From Ferruginibacter sp. (GTDB taxonomy: Bacteria > Bacteroidota > Bacteroidia > Chitinophagales > Chitinophagaceae): a stretch of 47,920 nucleotides of DNA. The notes beneath the pieces are model-generated. The model was not told the DNA's origin and did no database searches. It saw only the letters and a program-made list of their open reading frames with translations. The position numbers and the translations under genes were made by a program. Below are positions 26,434 through 36,486 of the stretch, one piece after another. The DNA is taken from the NCBI GenBank assembly GCA_039926045.1, contig JBDSXS010000087.1, forward strand, positions 1 to 47,920, written 5' to 3'. The first letter of the stretch is position 1; each line of letters starts with the position of its first letter.

Positions 26434-28074
26434 ATGGATAATTTTAAAATCGTTGTATTTATTATGGCGATCCTGATCAGTTTGACAGCGATCGCTAATA
26501 AAAGGAAACTGCCATTCCCGGTCATTCTTGTTTTTGCTGGGCTTGTCATTGGCTTTATACCGCAATTACCCGACCTGGCACTGGATCCTGATGTTGTTTT
26601 TGTAATTATGCTTCCGCCCTTATTGTATGATGCAGCTTCCAAAACATCCTGGCTTGAATTCAAGACATCGATAAGGCCCATATCGGCATTGGCTATTACC
26701 CTGGTCTTTTTTACAACACTGGCTGTAGCAGTTACAGCACACTACATGATCCCAGGATTTACCTGGCCCCTGGCTTTTGTGCTTGGCGCTGTTGTTTCTC
26801 CTCCAGATGCTGTTGCAGCATCTGGTATCATAAAAGGATTGGGGCTTAATAAAAAAGTCATCACTATTTTAGAAGGGGAGAGCCTTGTAAATGATGCATC
26901 GGCCCTTATTGCCTATCGATATGCAGTGCTGGCTGTTACCACGGGCACATTTGTATTTTGGCAGGCCGGCCTGCAATTCTTACTGGTGGCAGGTGTTGGT
27001 ATAGCCATCGGTATTGCAACAGGTTTTCTTTTTGTATTTGCCCATAAAAGAATTGAGAATAACCCGGTGGTAGAAACCAGCCTCACTTTGCTGGCACCGT
27101 TTGTATCTTATCTTGCTGCAGAACAATTTCACATGTCGGGAGTGTTGGCGGTGGTAAGCACGGGCCTTTTGATTTCACGCAAATCTCCTGAGATATTCGC
27201 TTCACAGGCAAGAATGAGAACACGGGTAGTTTGGGACACGATCATATTCTTATTGCACGGTTTTATTTTTATACTCATTGGGTTACAGTTGCCAAAGATC
27301 ATCAAGGATCTTGGCAATTATTCGTTTTCAACTATACTGGGCTATGGCCTGGTCATCAGCCTGGTAACTATCATTGTCAGGATAATATGGGTATTTGCCG
27401 GTGCATACTGGCAAAATTATTTTCAAAAGAACGAAAAAAATAAAACTGAAATTGCTAACCTGGACAATACCTGGAAAAATGTGCTGGTTGTTGCCTGGAC
27501 AGGCACAAGGGGTGTAATATCATTGGCTACTGCACTGGCGTTACCCCTTTTTCTGCAGGATGGAACCCTTTTCCCTAAAAGGTCATCCATTATATTTTTT
27601 GGCTTCGTGGTTATCTTTGTAACACTGGTTGTACAGGGACTTTCTTTACCCTTGCTCATACGCTGGTTAAAAATAAAACCGGAAGACAATACCGATGAAG
27701 AACAAAAAGAACTGCAATTGTACCTGGCAAACAGTACACTTCATTATATCGAAAAGGAATTTCCAATACCCGGTGACAATAAATTGCAACAACAACTCCG
27801 GGATCAGTACGAACAGTTGATCCGTAAACTCACCAAAGAAATACAACTGCATAAAAAAGCACGGTATTATAACCGGGAAGTGCGGCCCTCTGAACCGGAT
27901 AACCTGCTCAATGCCAAACTGGAGATCAGTAAATTTAAAAGGGAATTGCTGATCAGGCTGCACAAGGACGGCGATTTCAGTGATGCTGCAATAAGACAGG
28001 TAGAACGGGAGATGGATATTGATGAGTTGAAATTGACTGAACAGTTGCCCAAAGAAGACAAATCAATTGGCTAA
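26434..28074 (+). CDS. Na+/H+ antiporter, CPA1 family (YjcE/NhaG-like)
   Basis: LPPLLY, VSPPDAVA, LEGESLVNDA, SGVLAVV, WTGTRGVISLA, TLVVQG. Confidence 0.95.
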   Translation: MDNFKIVVFIMAILISLTAIANKRKLPFPVILVFAGLVIGFIPQLPDLALDPDVVFVIMLPPLLYDAASKTSWLEFKTSIRPISALAITLVFFTTLAVAVTAHYMIPGFTWPLAFVLGAVVSPPDAVAASGIIKGLGLNKKVITILEGESLVNDASALIAYRYAVLAVTTGTFVFWQAGLQFLLVAGVGIAIGIATGFLFVFAHKRIENNPVVETSLTLLAPFVSYLAAEQFHMSGVLAVVSTGLLISRKSPEIFASQARMRTRVVWDTIIFLLHGFIFILIGLQLPKIIKDLGNYSFSTILGYGLVISLVTIIVRIIWVFAGAYWQNYFQKNEKNKTEIANLDNTWKNVLVVAWTGTRGVISLATALALPLFLQDGTLFPKRSSIIFFGFVVIFVTLVVQGLSLPLLIRWLKIKPEDNTDEEQKELQLYLANSTLHYIEKEFPIPGDNKLQQQLRDQYEQLIRKLTKEIQLHKKARYYNREVRPSEPDNLLNAKLEISKFKRELLIRLHKDGDFSDAAIRQVEREMDIDELKLTEQLPKEDKSIG

Positions 28075-28219
28075 TTACCGGAATTGGGGAATAAAATGTA
28101 CAGATTCATTCTCTGAAATAAGTATTACTACCTGGAAATCAGCAGTAAATTAAAAAAAGGCATGGTAATTGAACCTATCCCTGCATACACAGTATATAAT
28201 TATTAACTAAAATTATTTT

Positions 28220-28489
28220 ATGAAAAAGGTACTTGCATTTTTTTCATTGACAATGGCACTGGGTGTAATATCCTGTACCAATGAAAGTAAAAGAACAGAT
28301 GAAGTGAAAGTAAATTCAAACACAGGAACAACGGAAAAAGTTGAGGTAGAGAAAGGAACTGTTGTAGTTCCGCTTCCACCTCCGCCACCGTTACCACCAA
28401 AACCCCCAACACCCGGACAGGTGATCCGAAGTTTGCCCAAGCCTCCATTACCACCACCACCACCTTTACCAAAACGTAAAGGTGGATAG
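28220..28489 (+). CDS. Small proline-rich lipoprotein
   Basis: Lipobox VISC; two polyproline tracts; basic tail. Confidence 0.8.
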   Translation: MKKVLAFFSLTMALGVISCTNESKRTDEVKVNSNTGTTEKVEVEKGTVVVPLPPPPPLPPKPPTPGQVIRSLPKPPLPPPPPLPKRKGG

Positions 28490-28532
28490 TCTGAAAGGAG
28501 GAAAGCTAAATTTTTATCTTCTAATAATGCAT

Positions 28533-28575
28533 AGGCAATAAAAAAACCAACTTAGTGTTGGTTTTTTTATTGCCT
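28533..28575. terminator. Bidirectional terminator
   Basis: AGGCAATAAAAAAACCAAC / GTTGGTTTTTTTATTGCCT perfect stem between convergent genes. Confidence 0.85.
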
Positions 28576-28597
28576 GGTGAGTTTATGCTTTGTAAAG

Positions 28598-29191
28598 CTA
28601 TACCGTTTTCAACCAGCCCGTAATACTCATCCTGCTGCGGTTGGCTTTTGTTACTTCATGCTCGGTCTCATCACTTTTAAAAAGTACAGCAGTTTGCGCA
28701 TGTGGTGCTATTTGCTGTATAATATCATTTTGGTAAACCTGCAATTGGCCGCCATCTTCGGCAAGCCAGTTATTATTTAAATAGGAGATGAGTGAATATT
28801 TTCTGTCACTGTTATTTTTAAACTGGTCTTTATGTTTTTTATAATAACTGCCTTCTTCATACACTGCATAATGGAATTCATACGCATTAATACCGGCGTA
28901 GCACGTCCTGTTGAGGCGTTCGATAAAATTTTCGGCGTGTTGTAAAAATTCCTGTTCAAAAATATTGTCGTGTTTTTTATCCATCCAGTATATCTTATCT
29001 CCACGCATTTTTTGTTTTTCATCCTTCAGTTCATTATTCCCGATGCCGGCTGCTTTCATCAGGCCATCTTTCTGTAACTGTATGATATTTTGCTGAAGCC
29101 CGGTTGATAATCTTTCTGTTAAAAAAGCCGGGGCTATGCCTACTTTATCGTTGAGGTAACTGTCGATTAAAAGATCAAATTGTTCATTCAT
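28598..29191 (-). CDS. 2OG-Fe(II) oxygenase (SM-20/prolyl hydroxylase-like)
   Basis: RGDKIYW, YKKHKD (HxD), YLN..W...DGG.L, HEV, R.SITGW. Confidence 0.9.
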   Translation of the reverse strand: MNEQFDLLIDSYLNDKVGIAPAFLTERLSTGLQQNIIQLQKDGLMKAAGIGNNELKDEKQKMRGDKIYWMDKKHDNIFEQEFLQHAENFIERLNRTCYAGINAYEFHYAVYEEGSYYKKHKDQFKNNSDRKYSLISYLNNNWLAEDGGQLQVYQNDIIQQIAPHAQTAVLFKSDETEHEVTKANRSRMSITGWLKTV

Positions 29192-29252
29192 AGTGATAAT
29201 TGAATCTTGCAAGGTAGTTTTTATTAAACTGCCAATTTATCGTTTCCCATAA

Positions 29253-29837
29253 TTAAGCCTGCTGCTTTCTTACATATTTGGTAAGAATTACAATTTGTTG
29301 TCCTTCTATCTTTCCTTCTATTTGTTCGGTATTCTCTTCAACAATGCGAATGTTCTTTACCACGGTACCCATTTTTGCATTGAGGCTTGAACCTTTTACA
29401 TCGAGGGATTTGATCAGCACCACTGAATCACCATTTTGTAATACATGTCCATTGCTGTCTTTATGCAGATCTACGCTGGAGTCATTTTCATGGTCACCTG
29501 TAGTTTTGGCCCAGGCCAGGTGCTCATCAGCCAGGTAAAGCATATCAAGGTTTTCTGTGGCCCAGCTTTCATTGCGAAGCCGGTTCAAAATACGCCAGGC
29601 AGTTACCTGTATTGCCGGAACCTCACTCCACATGGTCTCTGTTAAGCAATTCCAGTGTTTGCTGTCCAGTTCCTCTTTCTTTTCGACCTGGGCAAGGCAT
29701 TTGTCGCAAATCATAATACTGGTATCTGCTGATAAGCCTTGTTGTGGGGGGATCTCATATACTTTCAGATCGCCTGTCGATCTGCACAACTCACATTGAT
29801 TACCGCTTCTTATTGCCAATTGTTCTTCTACTTTCAT
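29253..29837 (-). CDS. PhnA/YjdM domain protein
   Basis: CELC...CDKC zinc ribbon; KDSNG..LQNGDSVVLIKSLDVKGS...GTVVKNIR. Confidence 0.92.
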   Translation of the reverse strand: MKVEEQLAIRSGNQCELCRSTGDLKVYEIPPQQGLSADTSIMICDKCLAQVEKKEELDSKHWNCLTETMWSEVPAIQVTAWRILNRLRNESWATENLDMLYLADEHLAWAKTTGDHENDSSVDLHKDSNGHVLQNGDSVVLIKSLDVKGSSLNAKMGTVVKNIRIVEENTEQIEGKIEGQQIVILTKYVRKQQA

Positions 29838-29932
29838 GGTCTTTTTGATTTGCTGCAAAAGTAAACTTTACAGAACAGAACCTAACCTACTTGTTTTGTG
29901 GTCTTATTGGTTATTTTTACAGACTTAGTACC

Positions 29933-30382
29933 ATGAAGCTGAAACAAAAAATATACGATCATTATCTCGAGGTCATCAATGCTAAAATTAACATGCTGCA
30001 ACAGGTATTGGCCGACCTGAAAGAAAGCGGCAGCAATGAAACCAAAAGCACAGCGGGGGATAAGCATGAAACTGCATTGGCCATGCTGCAGATAGAACAG
30101 GCGAATAAACGTGCACAGTTGCAGGAAGTATTAGCTCAGAAAGCGGCATTGGAAAAGATAGATCCAACCTTAACAGCACCCATGATCGTTAACGGAAGCC
30201 TGGTCAAAACGAACCGGGGTTATTTGTTCATGAGTACGGCATTGGGTAAAGCTGCCGTTGAAAATATTAACGTGATAGCATTGTCGCCCCAATCACCATT
30301 GGGTAAAAAACTGATGGGATTAAAAGTTAGTGAGGTTGCCGAAATAAATAATATTGAATACCTGGTGGAGAGCATTGAATGA
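29933..30382 (+). CDS. GreA/GreB-like protein (Bacteroidota type)
   Basis: ETKSTAGDKHET..AM.QIE coiled coil; SPQSPLGKKLMG. Confidence 0.82.
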   Translation: MKLKQKIYDHYLEVINAKINMLQQVLADLKESGSNETKSTAGDKHETALAMLQIEQANKRAQLQEVLAQKAALEKIDPTLTAPMIVNGSLVKTNRGYLFMSTALGKAAVENINVIALSPQSPLGKKLMGLKVSEVAEINNIEYLVESIE

Positions 30383-30458
30383 AGAACAAGGAACAAGGAA
30401 TGTTGAATATCGAAGTAGGATCCGATCATCATTTAATTCCTTGTTCCTTGTTCGATAT
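30383..30458. repeat. Inverted heptamer-repeat hairpin between convergent genes
   Basis: GAACAAG GAACAAG GAAT...AATATCGAA versus ATTC CTTGTTC CTTGTTC GATATT. Confidence 0.8.
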
Positions 30459-30465
30459 TTTTTTA

Positions 30466-33135
30466 TTATTTCAAAAACCTATACGTCCATTTTACTAAAA
30501 AACTATTCCGGGCATTACCACCGCTGAAAGCATTATTGAAAAGGCTGTTGAACACAGGCGTTTGCAGGTCACCATAATTATCAGATGTATTTCCTTCTGA
30601 CCATACCAAAAATAATTCAGAGCCGGGCCTGTATTCCCACCTGATCACCATATTGGATCTAAACTGCACAAAATTAAAATCAGGTTTGCCAAAACTATAA
30701 TCCGTAAGGCCATCCCTGTTCTCATCTATTAAATAGGTTCCGTTGTTCTCACTGATCTGGTTAGCTGAATAGCGTAAAAAACGGTTGCTGTATTTATCTG
30801 CGAGCGGGTCTACAACATAAGCGAATTGCTGATAAGTTGGCCTGGTAATATAGGGTTGTCCGTAATACTGAATGGTAAGATCGGGGGTGATATTATAACT
30901 GAGGCGGCCTGTAAACCTGATGGTTTTTTGCTTTAATTGCGCAACCACGGTCCGGGTGCTGTTATTATAAGTTATATTTCTTACAAACTGATCCTGCTTG
31001 CGAAATGAATAATCATAATTGGCAGCCAGGCTTATAGTGAGGGAATTGATCGGAACTACAGTTAATGAAAGGCCGGCATTACTGAAATTCAGTGTATTCT
31101 CTTCTCCCCAAAATTTAAACAGGTTCAGGCTGCCATAAACTTTCTTCCTGGAATCACTGTTCAAATTATAATTCCATCCAAGACCTGCGGGCCGGCGAAT
31201 TGAGCCTGCACCTCTTAATGCAGTATTGGAAACATCATAGGGGTTCCAGGTAAGGCCGGTATTGGTTTGCCAGTTATTTTTAAAATTTGCATTGGCATTC
31301 ACATTAAACTGAACATACAAAAGCTTGCCGCCAAAATCCCATCTTAACCAATGGTTATAATTAACGCCGGCCCTGCGGAAAATCGAAAATGGGCGTTGGT
31401 ATTGCAAACCAACCCAGGTAAAATGATTGATCTCGTTTGCAGTAAGCATGAACCCGATATCATTTAATTCCAGCCGAGGAGAACGATAGGTTAGGCCGGT
31501 CTCAAATTTTAAAACCTGTCCCATTTTACCGGCTTTACCAGCTGATTTTCCAAAACGAATGGTACCGCCTGTTCCGGTTAATGATGTGCGGTTTGAGTCT
31601 AAATTAAATTCGCTGGCACCCGGGCGTTGAAATAAATGCTCAAAAGCTGTTTGGGTTCTTAATATTACTTCTTTGTTGCCATTCACATTACTGAACACCA
31701 CATTTCCACGTATGTACCAGAAGCGATTCTTCCAGTAATGTAAAAAATCAAAGCCGCCGGAATATGCACTACGGTGTAATATATTATCCATGCCATGCTC
31801 CCGGTTTACGGCAGTAAAAATTCCACCGAAGATGGTATTGCCCCCATTGATATCTTTTTGTAAACGGCCAGTAAAATAACTGGTAAAGGGTTCTACCACT
31901 TCTTTTCGTTCTTTGCCGTTATTCTCTATGATCGCTTTTTCACGTTCGGTCACGCTTTCCAAAACACCAATGCTCCAGCCTTTTTTTGTTTTACCGCTGA
32001 ATTTTGCTGCGCCCAATATGCTGGTGCTTTGCGGATATTTTACATACTCGCCACTGGCAGTATTTGGATATCCATGTGGTGAACTGCCTATGCGGCGTGA
32101 ATAAAAAAGCAGATCGGAATTAAAGTCGCCACCGGTTTGCGCACCCGTAAGCTGGTATTCAAAAATATTCCGGCTCTCTATAAAGAATGGCCGCTGTTCT
32201 CCAAAGAAATTCTGGAACCCGTCAATGCGCACCTGCGAAGGATCGGCTTCAACCTGGCCAAAATCTGGATTGATGGTAAAGTCGAGGATCAGGTCATTAG
32301 TAACAGCAACTTTGCCATCCACGCCCCCGGTTAATTTTGTATCAGTACCATCGGCAAAAGGATTGCCAGGCTCTTTTTTATAAGTTGATGCCTGTGCAGT
32401 AACGTAAGGAGCTATTTCTACCTGGCGATGGAAAGGGATGTCTTTTAAACCATGCAGTTCGCCAAAACCGCTAACCCATACACCGGATCTTTGCGGAACA
32501 TATTGCCAGTTAGATCTTTCTTCTTTGCGAAACAGCCTGCGTGTTACCTGTATGCCCCAAACTTTATCTTTTTCATTACCATAGCGCAGTTGACTTAAAG
32601 GAATTTTTATTTCAGCCGTCCACCCGTTTTTATTAACAGCTGTTTTTGCAAACCAGATCGGGTTCCAGCTGGCGTCCCAGTTATTACCATTGTTGCTTAT
32701 AAATTCATCTCCCCTTACACCTGATACAGAAGTACTAAAAGAGAATCCCGTCCGGAGGTCATGATAGCTGTCAATATTAATTTCAACAAAGTCTCCCGGA
32801 AATGCATCACGCCGTCCCAGCCTCTTTTCAATTGATCCGGGTTTGCTGTCCAGGCAATTATAAGCTATGTATAAAAATTTATCATCGTACATGATCTTAA
32901 ACTGGGTTACCTCTGAGGGTGGCATACCTTCGTTTGGCAGATTTTGAATAAAATCTCCTCCCCATTCAACTACATTCCAGGCTTCTTCTGATGGAACACC
33001 ATCCATGGTGATCGTTGCCCCAGCCAGGCGCTTTGTATCATATATTTTTTTCTGAATAACGGTATCAACGGGATTTGCATGGGCGTTTAGAAAACCCAGG
33101 AACAGTAAGCAGGATAATAAGCAGGTTTTGTTCAT
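30466..33135 (-). CDS. DUF5916 / CBM9-like domain outer-membrane protein
   Basis: Signal peptide; GWTAEIKIPLSQLRY, NPDFGQVEADP, E.RPFF.E, LFYSRRIG; C-terminal aromatic beta signal KWTYRF. Confidence 0.88.
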   Translation of the reverse strand: MNKTCLLSCLLFLGFLNAHANPVDTVIQKKIYDTKRLAGATITMDGVPSEEAWNVVEWGGDFIQNLPNEGMPPSEVTQFKIMYDDKFLYIAYNCLDSKPGSIEKRLGRRDAFPGDFVEINIDSYHDLRTGFSFSTSVSGVRGDEFISNNGNNWDASWNPIWFAKTAVNKNGWTAEIKIPLSQLRYGNEKDKVWGIQVTRRLFRKEERSNWQYVPQRSGVWVSGFGELHGLKDIPFHRQVEIAPYVTAQASTYKKEPGNPFADGTDTKLTGGVDGKVAVTNDLILDFTINPDFGQVEADPSQVRIDGFQNFFGEQRPFFIESRNIFEYQLTGAQTGGDFNSDLLFYSRRIGSSPHGYPNTASGEYVKYPQSTSILGAAKFSGKTKKGWSIGVLESVTEREKAIIENNGKERKEVVEPFTSYFTGRLQKDINGGNTIFGGIFTAVNREHGMDNILHRSAYSGGFDFLHYWKNRFWYIRGNVVFSNVNGNKEVILRTQTAFEHLFQRPGASEFNLDSNRTSLTGTGGTIRFGKSAGKAGKMGQVLKFETGLTYRSPRLELNDIGFMLTANEINHFTWVGLQYQRPFSIFRRAGVNYNHWLRWDFGGKLLYVQFNVNANANFKNNWQTNTGLTWNPYDVSNTALRGAGSIRRPAGLGWNYNLNSDSRKKVYGSLNLFKFWGEENTLNFSNAGLSLTVVPINSLTISLAANYDYSFRKQDQFVRNITYNNSTRTVVAQLKQKTIRFTGRLSYNITPDLTIQYYGQPYITRPTYQQFAYVVDPLADKYSNRFLRYSANQISENNGTYLIDENRDGLTDYSFGKPDFNFVQFRSNMVIRWEYRPGSELFLVWSEGNTSDNYGDLQTPVFNSLFNNAFSGGNARNSFLVKWTYRFLK

Positions 33136-33394
33136 CCTGCAAATTAAAAGATTGATTACTAAGGATAAAAATCAAAATGTGACAGCGGTTATTTTTCGAG
33201 ATGTATGGTCGTCTCTGCATTTCCGGAAAATGAACAGGACCGTTTTTTACATCAGTAATTTCTTATCTCTTCATGTCAATAAAATTCACTGCAAATCATA
33301 CCCTGATAAATACCCGCCATTGTGCATACTGATGAGGATCAGGCCAGGGAATAAGCACATTCTTAAAACAAATTTGTAGATTTGAAATAAAAAA

Positions 33395-33757
33395 ATGAAT
33401 AAGTATAATACCTTTCTTACCGTATTTATCATTTCAGGAATTGCCCTGATCTTTTTTATGGTATTTTATATCCAGGGTATTTTTGGACTGGTAACAAACA
33501 TGGACGAGCTTAAAGGAGAAGATCCTAACCCGTTCCTGATCTTAAATACGATATTCAGTCCAGCTGTTATTATCTCAGCGATCATTCTTGGTTTCTCCAG
33601 CCTGGCTTACCGTATACTTGGCATTATACATGTGGCAAAGAATAAAACAGTAAAAGACGGTGAAAAAGCATTGTGGATCGTGGGTTTTATTATTATGGGA
33701 TTTATAACCGGCATCGTGTTTTTAGTGATGGCAAAGGGGAGGAAATTTGTTGAATGA
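33395..33757 (+). CDS. Small membrane protein (3 TM)
   Basis: Hydrophobic segments; 'EKALWIVGF' PLDc_N-like motif. Confidence 0.75.
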   Translation: MNKYNTFLTVFIISGIALIFFMVFYIQGIFGLVTNMDELKGEDPNPFLILNTIFSPAVIISAIILGFSSLAYRILGIIHVAKNKTVKDGEKALWIVGFIIMGFITGIVFLVMAKGRKFVE

Positions 33758-34318
33758 TCAACCCTGGATCTTTGCTTTATTTATTCTTTTAATTATCCAG
33801 TACACTAGCCCCAGTGCAACAATTACCAATATTAGTTTACCCTGCCAGCCAAATGCTGCAACTTCATATACAGCATATGCTTCTATTAAAAGGGCAGGGA
33901 TCTTCCCAAGCGAACTGGCTGTAATAAAAATGGGGGGCGATACTTTTCCAACAGCTGCTGCAAATGTTATGAGACCGGATGGAACGAAGGGGATGAGCCG
34001 CAATGAAAAGATGAGCCCAAATGCTTCTTTACCGGTTGCATTGATCAATCTTTTTAATTTTGGATATTGGTCAAGCCGCTTTTCTACCGTTTTTTTAAAC
34101 CCTTTTCGGTACAGGCAAAAAGCGATGGCAGCACCCATGGCTTCACCCAGGAAGGAAATAAGCGTACCGTTCCAGAAACCAAAAAATAAAATATTTGCAG
34201 CTGTTATAAATACACTGGGCACCACGCCAAGTAATGCAATGATGATACTGATACAAATGCTGATCAGAATGGCAAGATCATGATATTCCCTGAAAAGCTG
34301 GAGCAGGCTGTTGATCAC
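33758..34318 (-). CDS. TVP38/TMEM64 (DedA/VTT) membrane protein
   Basis: VPSVFITAAN..FFGFW.G, LRLIPFVPSG, SSLGKIP. Confidence 0.9.
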   Translation of the reverse strand: MINSLLQLFREYHDLAILISICISIIIALLGVVPSVFITAANILFFGFWNGTLISFLGEAMGAAIAFCLYRKGFKKTVEKRLDQYPKLKRLINATGKEAFGLIFSLRLIPFVPSGLITFAAAVGKVSPPIFITASSLGKIPALLIEAYAVYEVAAFGWQGKLILVIVALGLVYWIIKRINKAKIQG

Positions 34319-34341
34319 TATTTTATTGATTTAAGTATGCA

Positions 34342-34635
34342 TCAACCATTTTCAAAAATGCTGAGCCTGTTGTTGAGCCGCAGGATCTCCTGCTGCAGGT
34401 CATTCATCCTGCTTAATAAATGGGTGATGGTTTCAATTCCTTCAAGGTTTATATCCAGTTCATAAAGTCTTACAAGTTTTTCCAGGTAGGGGAGTTGGTT
34501 TTCGGGGATGTATAATTTTTCCTCCACTATTGTTAATTCTATAAGTCCTGAATCTTTCAGCGCATTCACAAAACTGAGTTGAATATTATGGTGAATACAA
34601 AATTCATTTACAATGATCATTTCTCCTGTTTGCAT
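34342..34635 (-). CDS. cbpM: Chaperone modulator CbpM
   Basis: MerR-like 'F..L.DSGLI...LEKLVRL.ELDINLEGI..I..LL'; directly downstream of cbpA. Confidence 0.88.
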   Translation of the reverse strand: MQTGEMIIVNEFCIHHNIQLSFVNALKDSGLIELTIVEEKLYIPENQLPYLEKLVRLYELDINLEGIETITHLLSRMNDLQQEILRLNNRLSIFENG

Positions 34636-34642
34636 AACGTCA

Positions 34643-35521
34643 TTATTTAAGTTTGCTCAATTCCATAAAAAGTTTTTTCTGCTCTTCAGTAAGATTGGTG
34701 GGCAGTTCTACCTCGTAAGTAATATAAAGATCGCCATGTTCCCCTTGTTTTTTATAAACCGGGAATCCCTTGCCTTTTAGTCTTATTTTGGCACCGGGTT
34801 GTGTTTCTGGCCTGACAGCCAGTTTTACTTTTCCATTCAGTGTTTCAATGGTAGTATCTCCGCCCAGCAGTGCGGTATATAGATCAATTTTAACGGTGGT
34901 GTAAAGATCATTTCCCGATCGTTTGAACGTTGCATGCGGTGCTATTGAAAAACTGATATAGAGATCTCCCGCAGGTCCGCCATTAACACCCGGCGCACCA
35001 TAACCTTTTAATTTAATTACCTGCCCGTTCCCGATCCCTGCAGGTATGGTAATGCGTATATTTTTTCCATTAACAGTAAGCGTTTGCTGATGTGTTTGCA
35101 GAGCATCCGTTAAATTCAGTTTTAATTCTGCATTGTAATCCTGCCCACGGAATTTTGCCTGGCTGCTGCGACCTGAGCCGCCAAACATCGAATCGAAAAA
35201 ACTGGAAAAATCTCCGGCATCCGCATTTTCATAAAATTGCTGCCCGCTCGTATTTTGCTGTCCTCTTGATCTTTTCTGTTCCTCAAACTGCCCGGCATGC
35301 TGCCAGTCCTTTCCGTAAGTATCGTATTTCTTTCTTTTCTCCGGGTCACTTAAAACTTCATTTGCTTCATTGATCTGTTGAAATTTCCGGTGGGCTTCCT
35401 TATCATTGGGATTCAGGTCGGGGTGTAGTTTCCTGGCTAATTTCCGGTATGCCTTTTTAATATCTTCTTCGGTGGCATTTTTATCAATCTCTAGTATTTT
35501 ATAGTAATCAATAAACTCCAT
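34643..35521 (-). CDS. cbpA: DnaJ-class chaperone CbpA
   Basis: J domain with HPD, DFSSFF, DnaJ_C domain, no zinc finger. Confidence 0.93.
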   Translation of the reverse strand: MEFIDYYKILEIDKNATEEDIKKAYRKLARKLHPDLNPNDKEAHRKFQQINEANEVLSDPEKRKKYDTYGKDWQHAGQFEEQKRSRGQQNTSGQQFYENADAGDFSSFFDSMFGGSGRSSQAKFRGQDYNAELKLNLTDALQTHQQTLTVNGKNIRITIPAGIGNGQVIKLKGYGAPGVNGGPAGDLYISFSIAPHATFKRSGNDLYTTVKIDLYTALLGGDTTIETLNGKVKLAVRPETQPGAKIRLKGKGFPVYKKQGEHGDLYITYEVELPTNLTEEQKKLFMELSKLK

Positions 35522-35549
35522 GATCAGTTTTTTTTAATGCAAAATATAC

Positions 35550-36377
35550 TTATTCAAATAAATCCAACTGCATGGGTTTGGCAAGCCTTACAGGGATGTG
35601 AACATGCATGCATGCCGGATTAATGGTAAAAATATCTGTAGCCTGGTACCTGGATGCAACTGAAATATGAATGCCGTTTGCATGCTGTGTAAATAATTCC
35701 TGAACCATTTCCGGCGAATTATTTTCTTTGGATAAATGTGATAGCAGGAGATGTGATAAAGCAGGGGAGCGGTGTGCAATGAACAGATCCAGGGCTTCTT
35801 TATTGGATAAATGCCCGTGTCCGCCACGTATCCGGTTCTTTAAATGCAAAGGATACCTTCCGTTTTCCAGCATGGCTTCATCATAGTTAGCTTCTAAAAA
35901 CACGGCATGGCATTGGTTAAAATAACGGATCACTTCTTTGCATACGCTGCCGATATCTGTTAACACACCAACTGTTACACCATTATAATTGATGATGAAG
36001 CTATGAGGATCTGCCGCATCATGGCATTTTGTAAAAGGGATTATATTTAAAGAGCCAACAGCAACCGGTTCATTGGCGATAAATGTTTTCGACAGGTGTT
36101 TGATCAATATGGGGCCGTTTAAGGAGGTTCGGGCAGTGATATAAACCGGCAATTTATACTTATTGGCTACTGTTGAAACCCCTTTGATATGATCCCCATG
36201 TTCATGCGAAACAAAAATGGCCTTTACCCTGTTCATATGCAGGCCAAGTTTATGCATCCTCTTTTCTGTTTCCCGGCATGACAGGCCGGCATCAATTAAA
36301 ACAGCATCCGTATTATTGCCAATATAATAACAATTGCCATTGCTGCCAGAGTTCAACGAAGTAATATATAATGCCAT
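35550..36377 (-). CDS. MBL-fold metallo-hydrolase (YycJ/WalJ-like)
   Basis: SGSNGN, SHEHGDH, HDAADP, LEANYD, GHLSN, HLSKENN. Confidence 0.92.
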   Translation of the reverse strand: MALYITSLNSGSNGNCYYIGNNTDAVLIDAGLSCRETEKRMHKLGLHMNRVKAIFVSHEHGDHIKGVSTVANKYKLPVYITARTSLNGPILIKHLSKTFIANEPVAVGSLNIIPFTKCHDAADPHSFIINYNGVTVGVLTDIGSVCKEVIRYFNQCHAVFLEANYDEAMLENGRYPLHLKNRIRGGHGHLSNKEALDLFIAHRSPALSHLLLSHLSKENNSPEMVQELFTQHANGIHISVASRYQATDIFTINPACMHVHIPVRLAKPMQLDLFE

Positions 36378-36424
36378 GTTCCTGCAAAGAAAATCAATTT
36401 TAAGGTTATCCCCCTTTAGTTTTT

Positions 36425-36464
36425 AAAAAAAACGCCTTCACAGTATAAACCGTAAAGGCGCTTT
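36425..36464 (-). terminator. Rho-independent terminator
   Basis: CGCCTT.AC...GT.AAGGCG stem with a left A-run. Confidence 0.65.
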
Positions 36465-36486
36465 AATTAAAATAAGTTATTATAAA

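Noticed and set aside
33128-33379. 83-aa ORF in the divergent region before the membrane protein
   Set aside because: TTG start overlapping the opposite gene's start and no recognisable features; probably promoter DNA.
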